Positions 46,402 to 57,254 of a stretch of 64,000 nucleotides of DNA are shown one piece after another. Position numbers and translations under genes: made by a program. The DNA lies in the IMG/VR virus record IMGVR_UViG_3300012916_000002, positions 908 through 64,907 of that record; one strand, 5' to 3'. Source of the stretch: a virus (Duplodnaviria; Caudoviricetes). Positions within the stretch are counted from its first letter, which is position 1. Each line of letters starts with the position of its first letter. The notes beneath the pieces are model-generated. The model was not told the DNA's origin, made no database searches, and saw only the letters and a program-made list of their open reading frames with translations.

Positions 46402-49129
46402 CTACCGTGAGCCGCGCCAGGCGGCGCGGGCCGCCCACGCGACGGCTAGGACGCGCCGCGCGAGCGTAGCGCCGGGCGCCTCGACCTCCGCCATGAGCTC
46501 GGCGGCGCGGTCACGGTGCGTCGCGGCGACCCGTTCGAACGTGCCTCGTGCGGACTCCGTATCGCGAAGCGCAAACAGTAACTTCTTTAGATGTTCGTCG
46601 AACGCATGAATGGCGCCGTCCGGACCGTTTCTCTTGGACTCGGCCTCCGCGAGTAGATCGCGGAGCAGCTTCTCCGTCGCGCGCGAGTGCTCGAGATGGC
46701 CGAGCGCTTTGCCCGCCTCGACGAGCAGGGCGGCGGCGGCGCGGAGCTTGGTCATTGGCACCCTCGGAGAAGGGCGCCGATCCACGGCGCGAGGCCCGCC
46801 AGGCAGAAGAGCCCGAAGATGCCGCCCGCGAGCACGGCAAGCGCGACCTCGGTCTCGCGCTTCACGGCTTCAGCCCCCGGCGCGCGAGCTCGGCGCGGCA
46901 TGCGCCCACGACTGGCATTGAGGGGGCGTCCCCGTGCAACTCGATTGTCCAGTGCAGGTCTTCGTCCTCGATCGCCGCCATCGCATCGAGCACCGCCTGC
47001 TCGGCCTTGGAACGGGACATCTCTCTCTCCTGGTATTGGCGGTACGCTTCGCTGTTTACGACATCGTTGACCTCGGGGCGGGCCGGCGCCGCGGGGTGGC
47101 CGTGCTTACGGTCCCACACCTTGACAGGGCAGCGCGGTGACTCGCAGTCGGGTTCGCACACGTACGGGTTGGTCGGCGCCGCGGACTGGCCAGTGGTCGC
47201 ACGGTGGATCGCTGCCAGAACCGCGCGGTCCTCCGGCACGTCGTAGATAGAGCGGGAAGGCGCCGCGGGCTGGTTGGCGAGGAAGATGTCCGGCGTCGGC
47301 TTGCCCCATGCGTCAATGCTCACCGCTGCCTCCGTGCGCGCTGCCGCGCTAGGTCGTCGTTGAGGCTATCGAGCGGGCTCCGGAAGCGGATGAGCCACCC
47401 GAGCCAGAGCACGCGCGCGGCCATCAGCGCGACGAAGCCGAACGCCATCAGGTACCCGGTGGGAGTGAGACCGTCGGCCACGGCTAACGCTACCATGAAG
47501 GTCATGACGGCGCCGCACACGGCGCGCTCGGCCTCGACGCTAGCGGCGGTCAATGTGGCTCCTCGTCGCTCATCTCCGCGCGCATCCGATCACTGATCGC
47601 GATCATCTCATCGACGGCCGCGAGCTTCCGCTTGAGCGTCGCCTCGGCTAACCAGCGGGAACCTAGCCCGAAGGCCTGTCCGATCATGAGCGCCACCCAT
47701 CCCGGCCACTGCGGCCAATTCAGCGAGAAGGAGAACGACGCGAGAAAGAGCCCGACCGCGCCCAACGCCAGGGTTTGCGAGGCGTAGTAGCAACACTTAG
47801 CGACGCGCCACCAGCGCCGGTCGAAGGCCTCCGTCCGCGCGATGAGCTCGGATCGTTCGAGTAGTAGGTCGAGCCGCTTGCCGCGCTCGGCATGCGCGAG
47901 CGCGGCCGGGTCAGTGTCGAGCCAGTTCATCAGCAATCCTCCGGCTTCTCATCCCAGAGCGCGCGGGCTAGTTCCCACGGCGTGCGCGGGCTCTCCCATC
48001 GCGAGCCGTTCGCTATCATCGCGAGGACGGCCGCGCGAATGAAGTCGTGCTTTCGCGTCTCGAATTCTGCGCTATCAGAGGCGCTCCGCTCGAGCGTAGC
48101 GATCCGCGCCTCGGCGGTTCCGATCCGCCCCTGTAGATCTTCGATGTCGCTCTGCTCGTTGGTCATAGTACTCCGAAGCTTAGCAGCGACTTCCACTGCG
48201 CGACGGTCACCGCCCGCACCGTGCCCGCCTTCTCGCACGGTAGCTCGCCGTGGGCGCACGACGCGGAATAGCAAGCGGCGCAGATCTTCACGAGCGAGCC
48301 CGGGCCGAGCCGCGCGTGCGGAGGGCAGAACCGGTCGGCGCTCGCGCAGCCCGCGCAGACGTGGCGGTTGCACGCTCCGGCGCGGCCGTTCCGCGTGACC
48401 GGGTAGCGGCAGAGCACGGCGGCGGGCTTCCGGCACGTGCTCGTCTCGCAGCGCACGGCGGCGCGAAGGCAGTCCGGCATCAGCACTGTCCCTTCAGCCA
48501 TGCGATGTAGTCCTGGTGCTCGGTAAGCACGGCTCGCGTGCGCCGCCTCCACTCCGGCCAAATCACGACCGACGCAAACATCGGCCACAACCCTCGCGTG
48601 TGCTCACCGTCTTCGAGTGCATTTAGGGCGGTGACGATAGCGCCGAGCGCGAGCAACGCCACCATGGCGCGGAAGTAGCGCTCCGCCTCACGCATGAGAG
48701 AGTCGACGCGCGCGTAGTGAAGCCGTCGGTCTTCGTAGAACGTGCGATGCATCAGTGCACCATCCGCCCGGGCTCGGGCGTGAAGCCCTTCGCGACGAGT
48801 GCCCAGAGAAGATCCTCTCGCATCCGCCAGACCTGGCTACCGTACAGAATCGCATCGAGCTCGGCCCGGCTCATGCGCGGCTTCGCTTCCGCGAACGCGA
48901 GCCAGGCCTCCTGGAAGGCGGCGCCCTCCTCTTCGGTCACGGCGTGGATGTGGAAGACGAACTGCCGCCCCTCGCGCTCGACGAGCATGCAGGCGTGAAG
49001 CCCGGGCGGGTCGGCGTTGACGATATGCCGAAGACAGGCCTGCACCTCCTCCGGCTCGAAGCCGAGGTTCGTGATGATGGCGTGCGCCGCGTAGCCTTCG
49101 TGCACGATGCGGTCGATGAGGTCGGTCAC
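46402..49129 (-). other. run of small hypothetical ORFs (46402-46755, 46752-46865, 46862-47323, 47320-47553, 47550-47930, 47930-48166, 48163-48480, 48480-48752, 48752-49129); several with TM helices or Cys clusters
   Basis: Coupled starts/stops; TM segments in 47320-47553, 47550-47930, 48480-48752. Confidence 0.6.
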
Positions 49130-49470
49130 TCGCGCTCCTTCGCGAACTCGATCCGCGTGACGATCGTCGTCGGCTCGCACTTGTTGGCCTTGCAGAAGAA
49201 CGCGATGAAGTCGCCCGGTGTCCAGTCCGGGAAGCCCTCGCGGCGTACGTCGTCCGCGGTGATCGTGTCGAGCCGCTCGCGCCGGACGTTTAGGACGCGG
49301 AGCGCGCCGAGCTTCTCCTGCCGTCCGCCCTTCGGGATGCCCATGCATTTGCGCACGGCCGTGTAGACGTCGCCCTCGCGGGCGTCGAGCCAGCCGAGGC
49401 GCCGCGTCACGTCCTTCTGCCCGAGCACGAAGGCGCGCTCGGTCAGGCCGAAGCTCATCGCGCGGGGCAT
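49126..49470 (-). CDS. ASCH-domain protein
   Basis: 'MSF......LGQK.VTRR.GW....GD', 'V..VRRERL..IT.DD..REGF', 'VTRIEF'. Confidence 0.8.
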   Translation of the reverse strand: MPRAMSFGLTERAFVLGQKDVTRRLGWLDAREGDVYTAVRKCMGIPKGGRQEKLGALRVLNVRRERLDTITADDVRREGFPDWTPGDFIAFFCKANKCEPTTIVTRIEFAKERE

Positions 49471-50557
49471 CAGCCTTCCGCCTTAGCGACGCGCAGGCCT
49501 TGAGCAGCGAGGTACCCGAGCAGTGCTTCCCAAGTGCAGGTGTCGGAGCCGCAGAAGCGGCACTCGCCGAACCCGTCGATAGGCGAGACCGCGCACCCTT
49601 CGGCGTCATCCTCTACGCGGAGCGGCCCGCACTGCGTGCAGAACGCGACCGGCGCGCTCACAGCTCCTCCTCGAGGAGCCGCCGCACCGTGATGGGCTCG
49701 TCGAAATGGAAGTGCTTCTCGGCCCACGCGAGGATCGCGGCGTCGAGCTCGGGCGATGGCGTGACATCCTTCACCGGGCCGTCGATGACGATGAGCGTCG
49801 CCTTCAAGCGCTCGGCGGGCGGGCGCTCAGCCACGGCGAATCTCCTCGGCGAGCGACCACTCGCGCAACTGCTTCGCCAGCTCTGGGTTCTCCAACTCGA
49901 TCGCGAACGAGTACGCTATCATCGCCTCGCGAGAGGCCTTGGCGTACGCGCTCGATCCTCCGGGCTTCAGCACGAAGTACTTCATCCGCAGTCCAGGCAC
50001 GTCAGCCACCGAGCACCTCCCGGAGGTCGCTCGCGAGCCGCGACTCCGCCGAGTCGACGGGGCGGCCTTCCGCCAGGATCTTGCGGGCGCTCTCGATGCG
50101 CTCGGCTTGGGCGTCGATGATGCGCAGGGCTTTGACGACGTCCTGTCGCGTGTACCACCCGTTGGTGAGTGCAGCGCGATCTTCGGCGGTCAACTTCTCG
50201 ATGTCAGCCACGGAGGGCCTCCAGCGCGAGCCCGAGCGCTCGCGTCGCGTCGTAGCCGACATGGCTCGCGCACCCGATGGCCCTCGCCACCCGTGCGCGC
50301 AGGGCCGCTAGCTCGGTCTGCTGCGCTACCCCGGCCTTCTCCATCGCGTCGATCAGTTGGGCAGCCGCGGCCAGCTTCGCCCCGAGCTCGTTGCACTCGG
50401 CGTGCAGGCTCAGGTTCTCCTCGACGTGCTCGGCGAGCGTAGCGCGTGCGGCTGACAGCTCGCGCTCGGCCTTCATCAGCGCGGCGCGCTCGCTCACGTC
50501 GGGCTCCGGAGCGCGGCCTTCAAGGCGCGGATCATGGCTCCCGCTCTTCATCGTCAT
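49470..50557 (-). other. small hypothetical ORFs (49470-49661, 49658-49834, 49827-50009, 50002-50211, 50204-50557)
   Basis: Overlapping stop/start pattern; zinc-ribbon CxxC in the first, coiled coil in the last. Confidence 0.55.
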
Positions 50558-51230
50558 AGCGATCGGTCTTGTCGGTGAAGAACCGCGAGGTGGGTGGGGC
50601 GTCGGCTGCAGGTGGCTCTCTTGCTGTTGGGTGAAGTGCGGGACTGTCGAGCGCGCTCACGAGCCATCGTCGAAGCATGCCCTGCCAGTCTCGTTTGACG
50701 TCGCCGCGGCCGCGCCAGTACTCGATGAAGGTAGCCGTGAGCGCGCTGAGCTGCTCCGGACTGACGCCGAGGTGCGTCGCTGTCGATGCGATGTGCGCGT
50801 CCAGCTTCAGATCGGCGGGGCACGGCTCGGCTGCCGTTGGGTGATCGGATGAGAACGTCGGCGTGAGATAGGCTCGAGCGCCGTGAACCGATCCCCGTAG
50901 GCGGGCTCGCAGGCCCGCGCTGAGCGGTGGCGGCCGAGGCGCCGAGCCGCCTGGCTGCGAGCGATCCCACTCGACGAGCCGGCGCTCGTCCTCATCGAGC
51001 GCTTTTCGGACGCGCTCGCGATCGGCCTCGTCGGTCGAGACGCGCACCGGCGCGAGGTATCCATCGAGCGCTGGCGGCAGTTCGCCCGTCAGCAGCGTTC
51101 GCAGCTCCTCGCCGTCGCCCTGCCCTACGACGAGCGTGCCGACATTCGCGCCGCGGATCCACACGGTCACGTACTCGTGCGGGCCGGCGCTCGCCTCGAT
51201 GCGCACGCTCGTGATGAAGCGCGCGCTCAC
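50532..51230 (-). CDS. protein with C-terminal DnaT-like domain (paralogous to the initiator C-terminus)
   Basis: 'PCPADLK.D...A..LG...T..FIEYW....VK.DWQ..LR.W' aligns with the C-terminus of 2012-3010. Confidence 0.65.
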   Translation of the reverse strand: MSARFITSVRIEASAGPHEYVTVWIRGANVGTLVVGQGDGEELRTLLTGELPPALDGYLAPVRVSTDEADRERVRKALDEDERRLVEWDRSQPGGSAPRPPPLSAGLRARLRGSVHGARAYLTPTFSSDHPTAAEPCPADLKLDAHIASTATHLGVSPEQLSALTATFIEYWRGRGDVKRDWQGMLRRWLVSALDSPALHPTAREPPAADAPPTSRFFTDKTDRYDDEEREP

Positions 51231-51750
51231 CGCGGCACCTCCGGATCGACGCCGCAATATTCGATGATGAGCAGCCGCATCTTCGCGAGCTCACGCCGCC
51301 CGCCCGTCGTCGCTACGCGGCCCACTACCAGGCCAACGATGCCGAGCGGTGCGCCGACGCGAAAGGCTATCCAGGTCGGCGCCCACCACACGCTGAGCAG
51401 CGCAATGGTTCCGACGACCATGGCTGCCATTGCCACGATGACCAACGCTTGGAACATCTCGATGCGACGCTTCAGCGGTAGCCAAAGCTCATCGGGTACG
51501 GGTCGCGCGCTCATACGAGCCTCGGCTTCGGGCGCTTCCGCGTCGTGTTCGCCGGGTGCGTCATGCCCTCGAAGTCGACGTGCACCATGTTCGCGTCGTG
51601 CCGCCGGCACCAGACCTGGATACCGAGCGGCGTGAAGCCCGCCTCGATGTCGGACCCGTTGCCTCCCGCGACGCAGAGCGCGCAGTGGAAGAACGTGTGG
51701 ATCTCTCTCTCGTTGCCCGGTGGCGGGCGGTCGTCTCTCTTGGTCGTCAT
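51227..51750 (-). other. two small ORFs (51227-51514 two-TM protein; 51511-51750 Cys/His protein)
   Basis: Coupled; 'HCALC..CRRHD' in the second. Confidence 0.55.
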
Positions 51751-51781
51751 ACCGGCGCCTCGGCGTAACGGGTCTCGGTCT

Positions 51782-53314
51782 TCAGAAGGGCGACGAGGCC
51801 CACTCGGACTCACCCCCCGACGCGGCGCCCGCGACGGACGCGAGGGCAGCGCCGGCATAGTCGAATAATTGGGTGAGCGCGTCAACCCGGTTGTCCTTCC
51901 CGCCTTGCTTGCCCGTGAAGCGCTGCACTTCTCGGATGAAGTCCGGCACCCACGGCCCGTCGTAGGCGCCGCCGAACGGCACGCGGATCCGCCCGGCATT
52001 CCAGGCGACGCCCGCCGGCTGGGCTCGAAGGAACTTCGACCCGCGCGGCGTGACGCGGTAGAGCCGGAGCTTCGGGTTAAGCCGCGCCGCGACCTGGCTC
52101 AGGGCCTTGAAGGCGGAGACCTCCTCGAGGAGGATCGGCGAGCCGCGGAACGTCACGCGCTGGAGCTGCTCGAGGTAGTCGAGTAGATCCGGGATGTCCC
52201 GCCATTGGTCCTCGCCGCTGAGCACGTCGATGCGCGTCTCGAGCTGCGGCTTCTCCGGCGTGTGGTGCGGCCCGGCGCGGCGGTAGCACGAGCCGACGAC
52301 GATGCCGCTCGAGTCCCGCATCTTGTTGTCCTCGATGCCCGGGTCGCAACTGATGACGACGACGGCGCCCGCGATGATGGGCTCGACGTAGCGCGCCGGC
52401 TCGCCGAAGATCTGATCGCCGCGCGGCTTCCGATCGTTGGTGTATTGGGAGTACCAGTTGTAGTCTTTGACGTCGTACTTCTTCCGCGCGAGCGCGGAGA
52501 GACTCCAGCGCGCCGGCCAGAGCGGGGTGCCGCCGACGAGCTCGTCGGTCTTCTCGTCGTAGACGGCGTCGATGACCGCGGGGAGCGAGATGATCTCCCA
52601 GTCCTGGCCGTCCGGGCCCGAGCCGATCTCGCTCTTGAGCGTCGCTATGATGTCCTGCTCGTTCCACGCCTGGTGCGTGATGAACATCGACCCGCCCGGC
52701 TCGATGCGATTACCGAGCGTGCCGCGCCAGGTCTCGAGCACGGCCTCCTGGATCACCGGCGACTCGGCTTCGGCGCGGCTCTTGTACGGGTCGTCGAAGA
52801 CGCCCATGTTGTAGCCCTCGCCCGTGAAGCTGCCGCCGCGACCGCCCGCGGTGAAGCTCCCGCCGTCGAGCGTCTGCCAGTAGCTCACGGCGCTCGCCGG
52901 ATCCTGGCGGCCCTTGCTCACGATCTTCTCGTCGCCCGCCCACACCCCCGCGCGCTGCGCCATCGCCCGAGCGCGCCGGCTCTTCCGGAGCGCGAGGCTC
53001 GCGGCGTACGAGCAGTAGAAGATGTGGTCGTCGGCGCGGTACCGGAGCCGCCGCGCCGCACCGGCGAGGATCGTCTCGGTCTTCCCCATGCGCGGCGCGA
53101 CCTCGACGAGCGCGTACACGGGCTCGCTCATCGAGCGATCGAGCGCGTCGAGAAGCGGCGCGAGGTGATCGGGCCGATCGTACTTCGGCGTGTGCATCTC
53201 GATGAAAAGCCCGAGATCGTACTCCGCCCGGTCGACGTCCGCGCTCCAGCGAGCGAGCGCCCGCTCGTGCGCCTCTTCCGGATCTATCTCCGGGTCGATG
53301 AGTGGTGCCGCCAT
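51782..53314 (-). CDS. terL: terminase large subunit
   Basis: Walker A 'EVAPRMGKT', 'AGG.GG..TG', Walker B 'VFDDPYK', RNase H 'SCDPG', 'DNRVDALTQ'. Confidence 0.93.
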   Translation of the reverse strand: MAAPLIDPEIDPEEAHERALARWSADVDRAEYDLGLFIEMHTPKYDRPDHLAPLLDALDRSMSEPVYALVEVAPRMGKTETILAGAARRLRYRADDHIFYCSYAASLALRKSRRARAMAQRAGVWAGDEKIVSKGRQDPASAVSYWQTLDGGSFTAGGRGGSFTGEGYNMGVFDDPYKSRAEAESPVIQEAVLETWRGTLGNRIEPGGSMFITHQAWNEQDIIATLKSEIGSGPDGQDWEIISLPAVIDAVYDEKTDELVGGTPLWPARWSLSALARKKYDVKDYNWYSQYTNDRKPRGDQIFGEPARYVEPIIAGAVVVISCDPGIEDNKMRDSSGIVVGSCYRRAGPHHTPEKPQLETRIDVLSGEDQWRDIPDLLDYLEQLQRVTFRGSPILLEEVSAFKALSQVAARLNPKLRLYRVTPRGSKFLRAQPAGVAWNAGRIRVPFGGAYDGPWVPDFIREVQRFTGKQGGKDNRVDALTQLFDYAGAALASVAGAASGGESEWASSPF

Positions 53315-53408
53315 GCCCGCGAAAGGTTGCGACGCGGAGGCAGCGTGCCTTGCGTGGGTGACGAAAGTTACTACAGACCCCCGCGTCGCACCGCGGAGCC
53401 TATCACGA

Positions 53409-53989
53409 TCACTCGCCGCGCGGCGAGCAGCGCCCGTCGTGGTCGTTACCGCACTCGTCGCAGCGGCGGCGCTCTCGCGCTCGGTGCCGGACAGCCGCGT
53501 CGATGAATTCGAAGCCGCTGCGCGCCAGGGCGTAGAGCAGGTAGAGCCCGAGCGCCACGAAGAGCGCGTCGCCGAGCGGCTTCATCAGCGAGTCCGCGGT
53601 CACGGCTGAACCCTCGGCGCGTGGATGCAGCGCGGGTGGTGCTCGTCCTCGACAGCGCCCGTCCAGTATTGGCAGCCGCAAAGCTCGACGTGCGGGTCGA
53701 GCCGGAGCGCCCGCATCTCGCTCTCGACCGGCGGGCGCCCGCTCGGCGGCGGCGGCTCCGTGTGCGCGGCGTGAAGCGCGGACTCGAGCGCCTCGGCGCG
53801 AGCCTTCCACTCCGCGAGCTGCGCGCGTACGCACCCGGGCAGCGGCGTCGGCGCGGCCGCGAGCCACTGCTCGACCCGCTGCTCGTCGACCTCGAGCCAG
53901 CGGAGGATGTCCTCGACGTTCGCGCCCTCGCGCCGCCACTGCTGGACGAGCTGCTGGCGGGCGTCGACGAAGTCTACCCAGGCCGTCAC
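53409..53989 (-). other. two small hypothetical ORFs (53409-53603, 53600-53989)
   Basis: GTGA coupling; TM helix plus CxxC in the first. Confidence 0.55.
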
Positions 53990-54453
53990 GCGGTGACCTC
54001 CCATCGGAGCTTGGCCTGCAGCGGGTGCTTGTCGACGCGGGGCCGCGAGGCGCACGACCAGGAGCGGCCGCGCACCTCGGCCACGACGCGCCAACCCGCG
54101 CCGCGGAGGCTCTCGCCCGGCTCGCTCGCGAGCGTGTAGGTCACGAGCTTCCGGTAGCCCATCGCCCGGCAAGCGCGCCAGGCGGCGCCGTAGAGCAGCG
54201 AGCAGGCGTTCCGGGTGCCGTCCGAGGCGAGGCGCGTGACTTCGGCGGTGTAGTCGCCGTCGAGGCGGCGCGCGACCGGGCGCCCTACGATGGCGACGCC
54301 GACGATCTGCTCGCCGAGCATCGCGCCGATAGCGAAGAGCCCACCGACGGGCGCCGGGTGGTGGCGATGCTTCGCGGTCACGAACGCGCACGCCTCGCCG
54401 AGAGTCATCGGGCAGACCTCGAGCCGAGTCACGAGCGCCGCGACGGTTCTCAT
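53986..54453 (-). CDS. Mom-like GNAT-fold DNA modification protein (XF1762-like family)
   Basis: 'EACAFV..KHRHH', 'GVAIVGRPVAR.LD', 'EVTRL..DGTRNACSLLYGAAWR', 'LVTYTL.SEPG.SL..AGW'. Confidence 0.75.
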   Translation of the reverse strand: MRTVAALVTRLEVCPMTLGEACAFVTAKHRHHPAPVGGLFAIGAMLGEQIVGVAIVGRPVARRLDGDYTAEVTRLASDGTRNACSLLYGAAWRACRAMGYRKLVTYTLASEPGESLRGAGWRVVAEVRGRSWSCASRPRVDKHPLQAKLRWEVTA

Positions 54454-54761
54454 GGCGCCGCGCTCCGCTTCGCGCACTCGCGCGCTCGCCAGCCCGACAC
54501 GCACGGCTCGCACGCTTGCGAGTCGCCGCTCAGGATCTCCATGTCGTCGAGCTCGAAGAGCGCGCCGCAGAACTCGCAGCGCCACCAGGTCGTCTCGCCG
54601 TCGTGATAGGTCTCGGGGTACGCATAGCGGCAGAACCGGCAATTGCACGGATACTCGCGCATGCTCTCGTCGCGGCAGCCGCCGCAGCCCACGGCGACGC
54701 ACTCCGGATCGGGCGTCGACACCCACTCGATGTTGGTCAGAGTTACTTCGCCGACGATCAC
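54450..54761 (-). CDS. Cys-rich small protein
   Basis: Multiple CxxC pairs; GTGA/ATGA coupling on both sides. Confidence 0.6.
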   Translation of the reverse strand: MIVGEVTLTNIEWVSTPDPECVAVGCGGCRDESMREYPCNCRFCRYAYPETYHDGETTWWRCEFCGALFELDDMEILSGDSQACEPCVSGWRARECAKRSAAP

Positions 54762-55354
54762 GTTTCGACCTGTCGTTTCCAGAGCGCGAGCGCCGTCGCC
54801 GTCGGGACGCGCAGCGGCGGGTCCTCGCCCGTGAGATGGCAGCGCATGCCGGCGAGCGAGCGGCTCACGCACTGGCTCACGCGCGCTTCGCTCACGCGCT
54901 CGTCGGCGCCGATGTCTTTCTGGAGCCGGTTCCGCTCGAAGGTCGCGCGCATCATCCGGGCGTCGCGCGCGCCGAGCGGCGCCGACCACGCCTTCGCGGC
55001 GTCGAGCCGGGTGATCGCGAGCTCCTCGACGCTCTCGCCGGCGGCGGGCATGTAGTCTTCCCAGGCCCCGCTCATGTCCTCGAGGTGCACCATGCGCGGC
55101 GCGATACGCCCGCGGCGGCGGCGGCCGAGCCAGTCCTGGCGGCGGAGCTCGTCGATGATCTCGCCCCGGATGCGACACCGGAGGTACCACTCCCACGCCG
55201 GGCCCTCGCCGTCCGGGCTCCGTCGCATCCCGTCGAGAAGCCCGATGAGCGCGGCCTGCTCGAGATCGCCCGTGAGAACGCTACGCGGCAGGCGCCGTAG
55301 GAACCGGTGCGCGACGTCTTGCGCCATCTTCATCAGCTTTGGATCGAGCGTCAC
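54758..55354 (-). CDS. RNA polymerase sigma factor, FliA/WhiG (sigma-28)-like
   Basis: Region 2 'DLEQAALIGLL..WYLRCRIRGEIIDELRRQDW'; region 4 'KDIGA..VSEARVSQ'; short region 3. Confidence 0.85.
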   Translation of the reverse strand: MTLDPKLMKMAQDVAHRFLRRLPRSVLTGDLEQAALIGLLDGMRRSPDGEGPAWEWYLRCRIRGEIIDELRRQDWLGRRRRGRIAPRMVHLEDMSGAWEDYMPAAGESVEELAITRLDAAKAWSAPLGARDARMMRATFERNRLQKDIGADERVSEARVSQCVSRSLAGMRCHLTGEDPPLRVPTATALALWKRQVET

Positions 55355-56292
55355 GTCGGCACCCTCCCTTCGAGCCCGGTGCAGTGCGGGCAGTGCTCCG
55401 TGTGTTTTAGCCGATAGCAGACCGCACAGACAACCTTGCCCGTCGCCGCGAAGAGCGCCGCCTCGAGCGCGTTGATGAGTCTCTCCGCGTGCTCGAGCCG
55501 CGCGCGGAGCACCGCCTCACGGAGCTCAACCGAACCGGACACCGTCGGTGCGCCGCTTCCGGAGCCGCGCGGCCTCCTGCCGGAGCGCCCGGGCCTCCGC
55601 GCGGTAACGCGTCGCGAGCTCGGACCGCTCGGTCTTCTGCGCTTCCTCTTCGAGCTGCGCTGCTTTCACGTCGAGCCGCTCGGGCTTGTCGGTGATCATA
55701 GGCTGAAGCCGACTCCGCCGGTCTTGCTGCAGTCCATCACCGCGCCGCCGCCGCGAATGGTCACGCCGTTGTCGTCGACGCTGATGATGCCGCCCAGCCC
55801 GTGAGCGGCCATGTGCGCGCGGAACCGCTCGGCGAGCTCCTGGTAGTCTTCACGCCGAGTAGCGTTGCGCTCGAGCCGAGCTCGGCGCCGAAGCCGCTTC
55901 GCCTTACCGACGCGCGGCATCGCCCTCACCGTCGACGCGGCACGAGCTCGCGATCACGAACGCGCGCTGCCAGGCCCGGGACGACCGCCAGTTGTACACG
56001 GCGCACCCGGTCGCGAGCGTCGCCCATAGCCCGAGGGCGAAGCCCTGCCAGCCGGAGTGCTCGCAGCCGTGGAAGAACCAGGTCATCAGTTCGGCTCCTT
56101 CACGAGCACGCCGCGCGCCCGCATTTCCTCGAAGACGACGCGGCCGCAGTAGAGCCTATCGGGCGTGTCGCGGTCGAAGCCGATCGCGTAGTCGTCGAGG
56201 TCCGCCTTGAGCTGCACGCCGTACGGGCGCTCGACGTACGGATCGATCTCCGCGAGGAACGCGACGACTTTCGGATCCGGGTCCTTCTTCAT
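55351..56292 (-). other. small hypothetical ORFs (55351-55542, about 55539-55699, 55696-55920, 55904-56086, 56086-56292)
   Basis: Coupled short ORFs. Confidence 0.5.
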
Positions 56293-56474
56293 CGCCCGAT
56301 CCGAATGTCGCCGCCGAGTAGCCCGAAGGCTTGGAGGAGCCAGAGCACGAGCACGAGCACGACGACGATCTGGAGTAACCGCTTGATCGGCGGCGACATC
56401 GGCACGAAGGACTCGACCGCCCAGAGAAGCACGCCGACGACAACGAGCACGACGATGAGTCCGATGAGCGACAT
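56289..56474 (-). CDS. small two-TM membrane protein (Thivi_2564-like; possible holin)
   Basis: 'MSLIGLIVVLVVVGVLLWAVESFVPM.PPIKRLLQIVVVLVLVLWLLQAFGLL'. Confidence 0.8.
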   Translation of the reverse strand: MSLIGLIVVLVVVGVLLWAVESFVPMSPPIKRLLQIVVVLVLVLWLLQAFGLLGGDIRIGR

Positions 56475-56489
56475 GCACTCACCGTAGCA

Positions 56490-57083
56490 TCAATGAACCG
56501 GGTCGTCGCTCCCGTCCGCGCCGTTCGCGCCGTCGAGCGCCTGCGACTTGAGCGCGCGCCGCGGGCGCCGGCCGTCGCGGGCGTACGCGAGCTTCTCCTC
56601 GACGGTCCAGCCCTGCACGGGGTCATGCCGCTCCGTCACGTCGAGCTTCTTCGCCGGCTCGATCCCGAGATAGAACCCGTAAGCGCGGAGCGCGTCGAGC
56701 CCGACCCGGAGTGACTGCGCGTCACCGTTGCCCATCGCCTTCGCCCGGATCGTGTCGATGTTTTGGAGGAGTAGCGCGCGCGCTTCCTGGAGCGCCTTCG
56801 GATCGTCGCGGAGCCGGAGCCGGATCACCCGGTTCGCCTCCGCCGCGATCTTCCGCACGTTGCTCGGGTCGCAGTTCCATTTCTTCGCGAGCAGCTCGTC
56901 GGTCACGCCGGAGAGCCAGGCGCCGCGGCTCATCATCGCGATCACCTCCGCGACCCGCCGCTCGCGGGGCGTTAACCCGGCCAAGCTCGCGGCATAGCTC
57001 GGCTCTTCCGGCTCCGCGGGCGCCCTCGCCGCTCCGTTCGAAACATGGATCGGTTTGGCTCTAGACTTCAGCGGCTTCGACAT
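56490..57083 (-). CDS. probable terminase small subunit / HTH packaging protein
   Basis: HTH-like 'ELLAKKWNCDPSNVRKI', helical middle, 'GIEPAKKLDV' tail; downstream of the ParB-like/methylase cassette. Confidence 0.55.
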   Translation of the reverse strand: MSKPLKSRAKPIHVSNGAARAPAEPEEPSYAASLAGLTPRERRVAEVIAMMSRGAWLSGVTDELLAKKWNCDPSNVRKIAAEANRVIRLRLRDDPKALQEARALLLQNIDTIRAKAMGNGDAQSLRVGLDALRAYGFYLGIEPAKKLDVTERHDPVQGWTVEEKLAYARDGRRPRRALKSQALDGANGADGSDDPVH

Positions 57084-57254
57084 TCGGCGTTAAACCTTTT
57101 CGTACGCGTACGCGGGAGGGACCCTGCTCGACCGCCAGGCGCTCCCAACTGCTCGACATCCCAGCGACCAATGGGCCCCCCGGCATCGCTGCCAACCCGG
57201 TGAAAGCGCTCGACTTCCACCCGACCAACGACCTGGACATTTGCCGCTCCGGCA

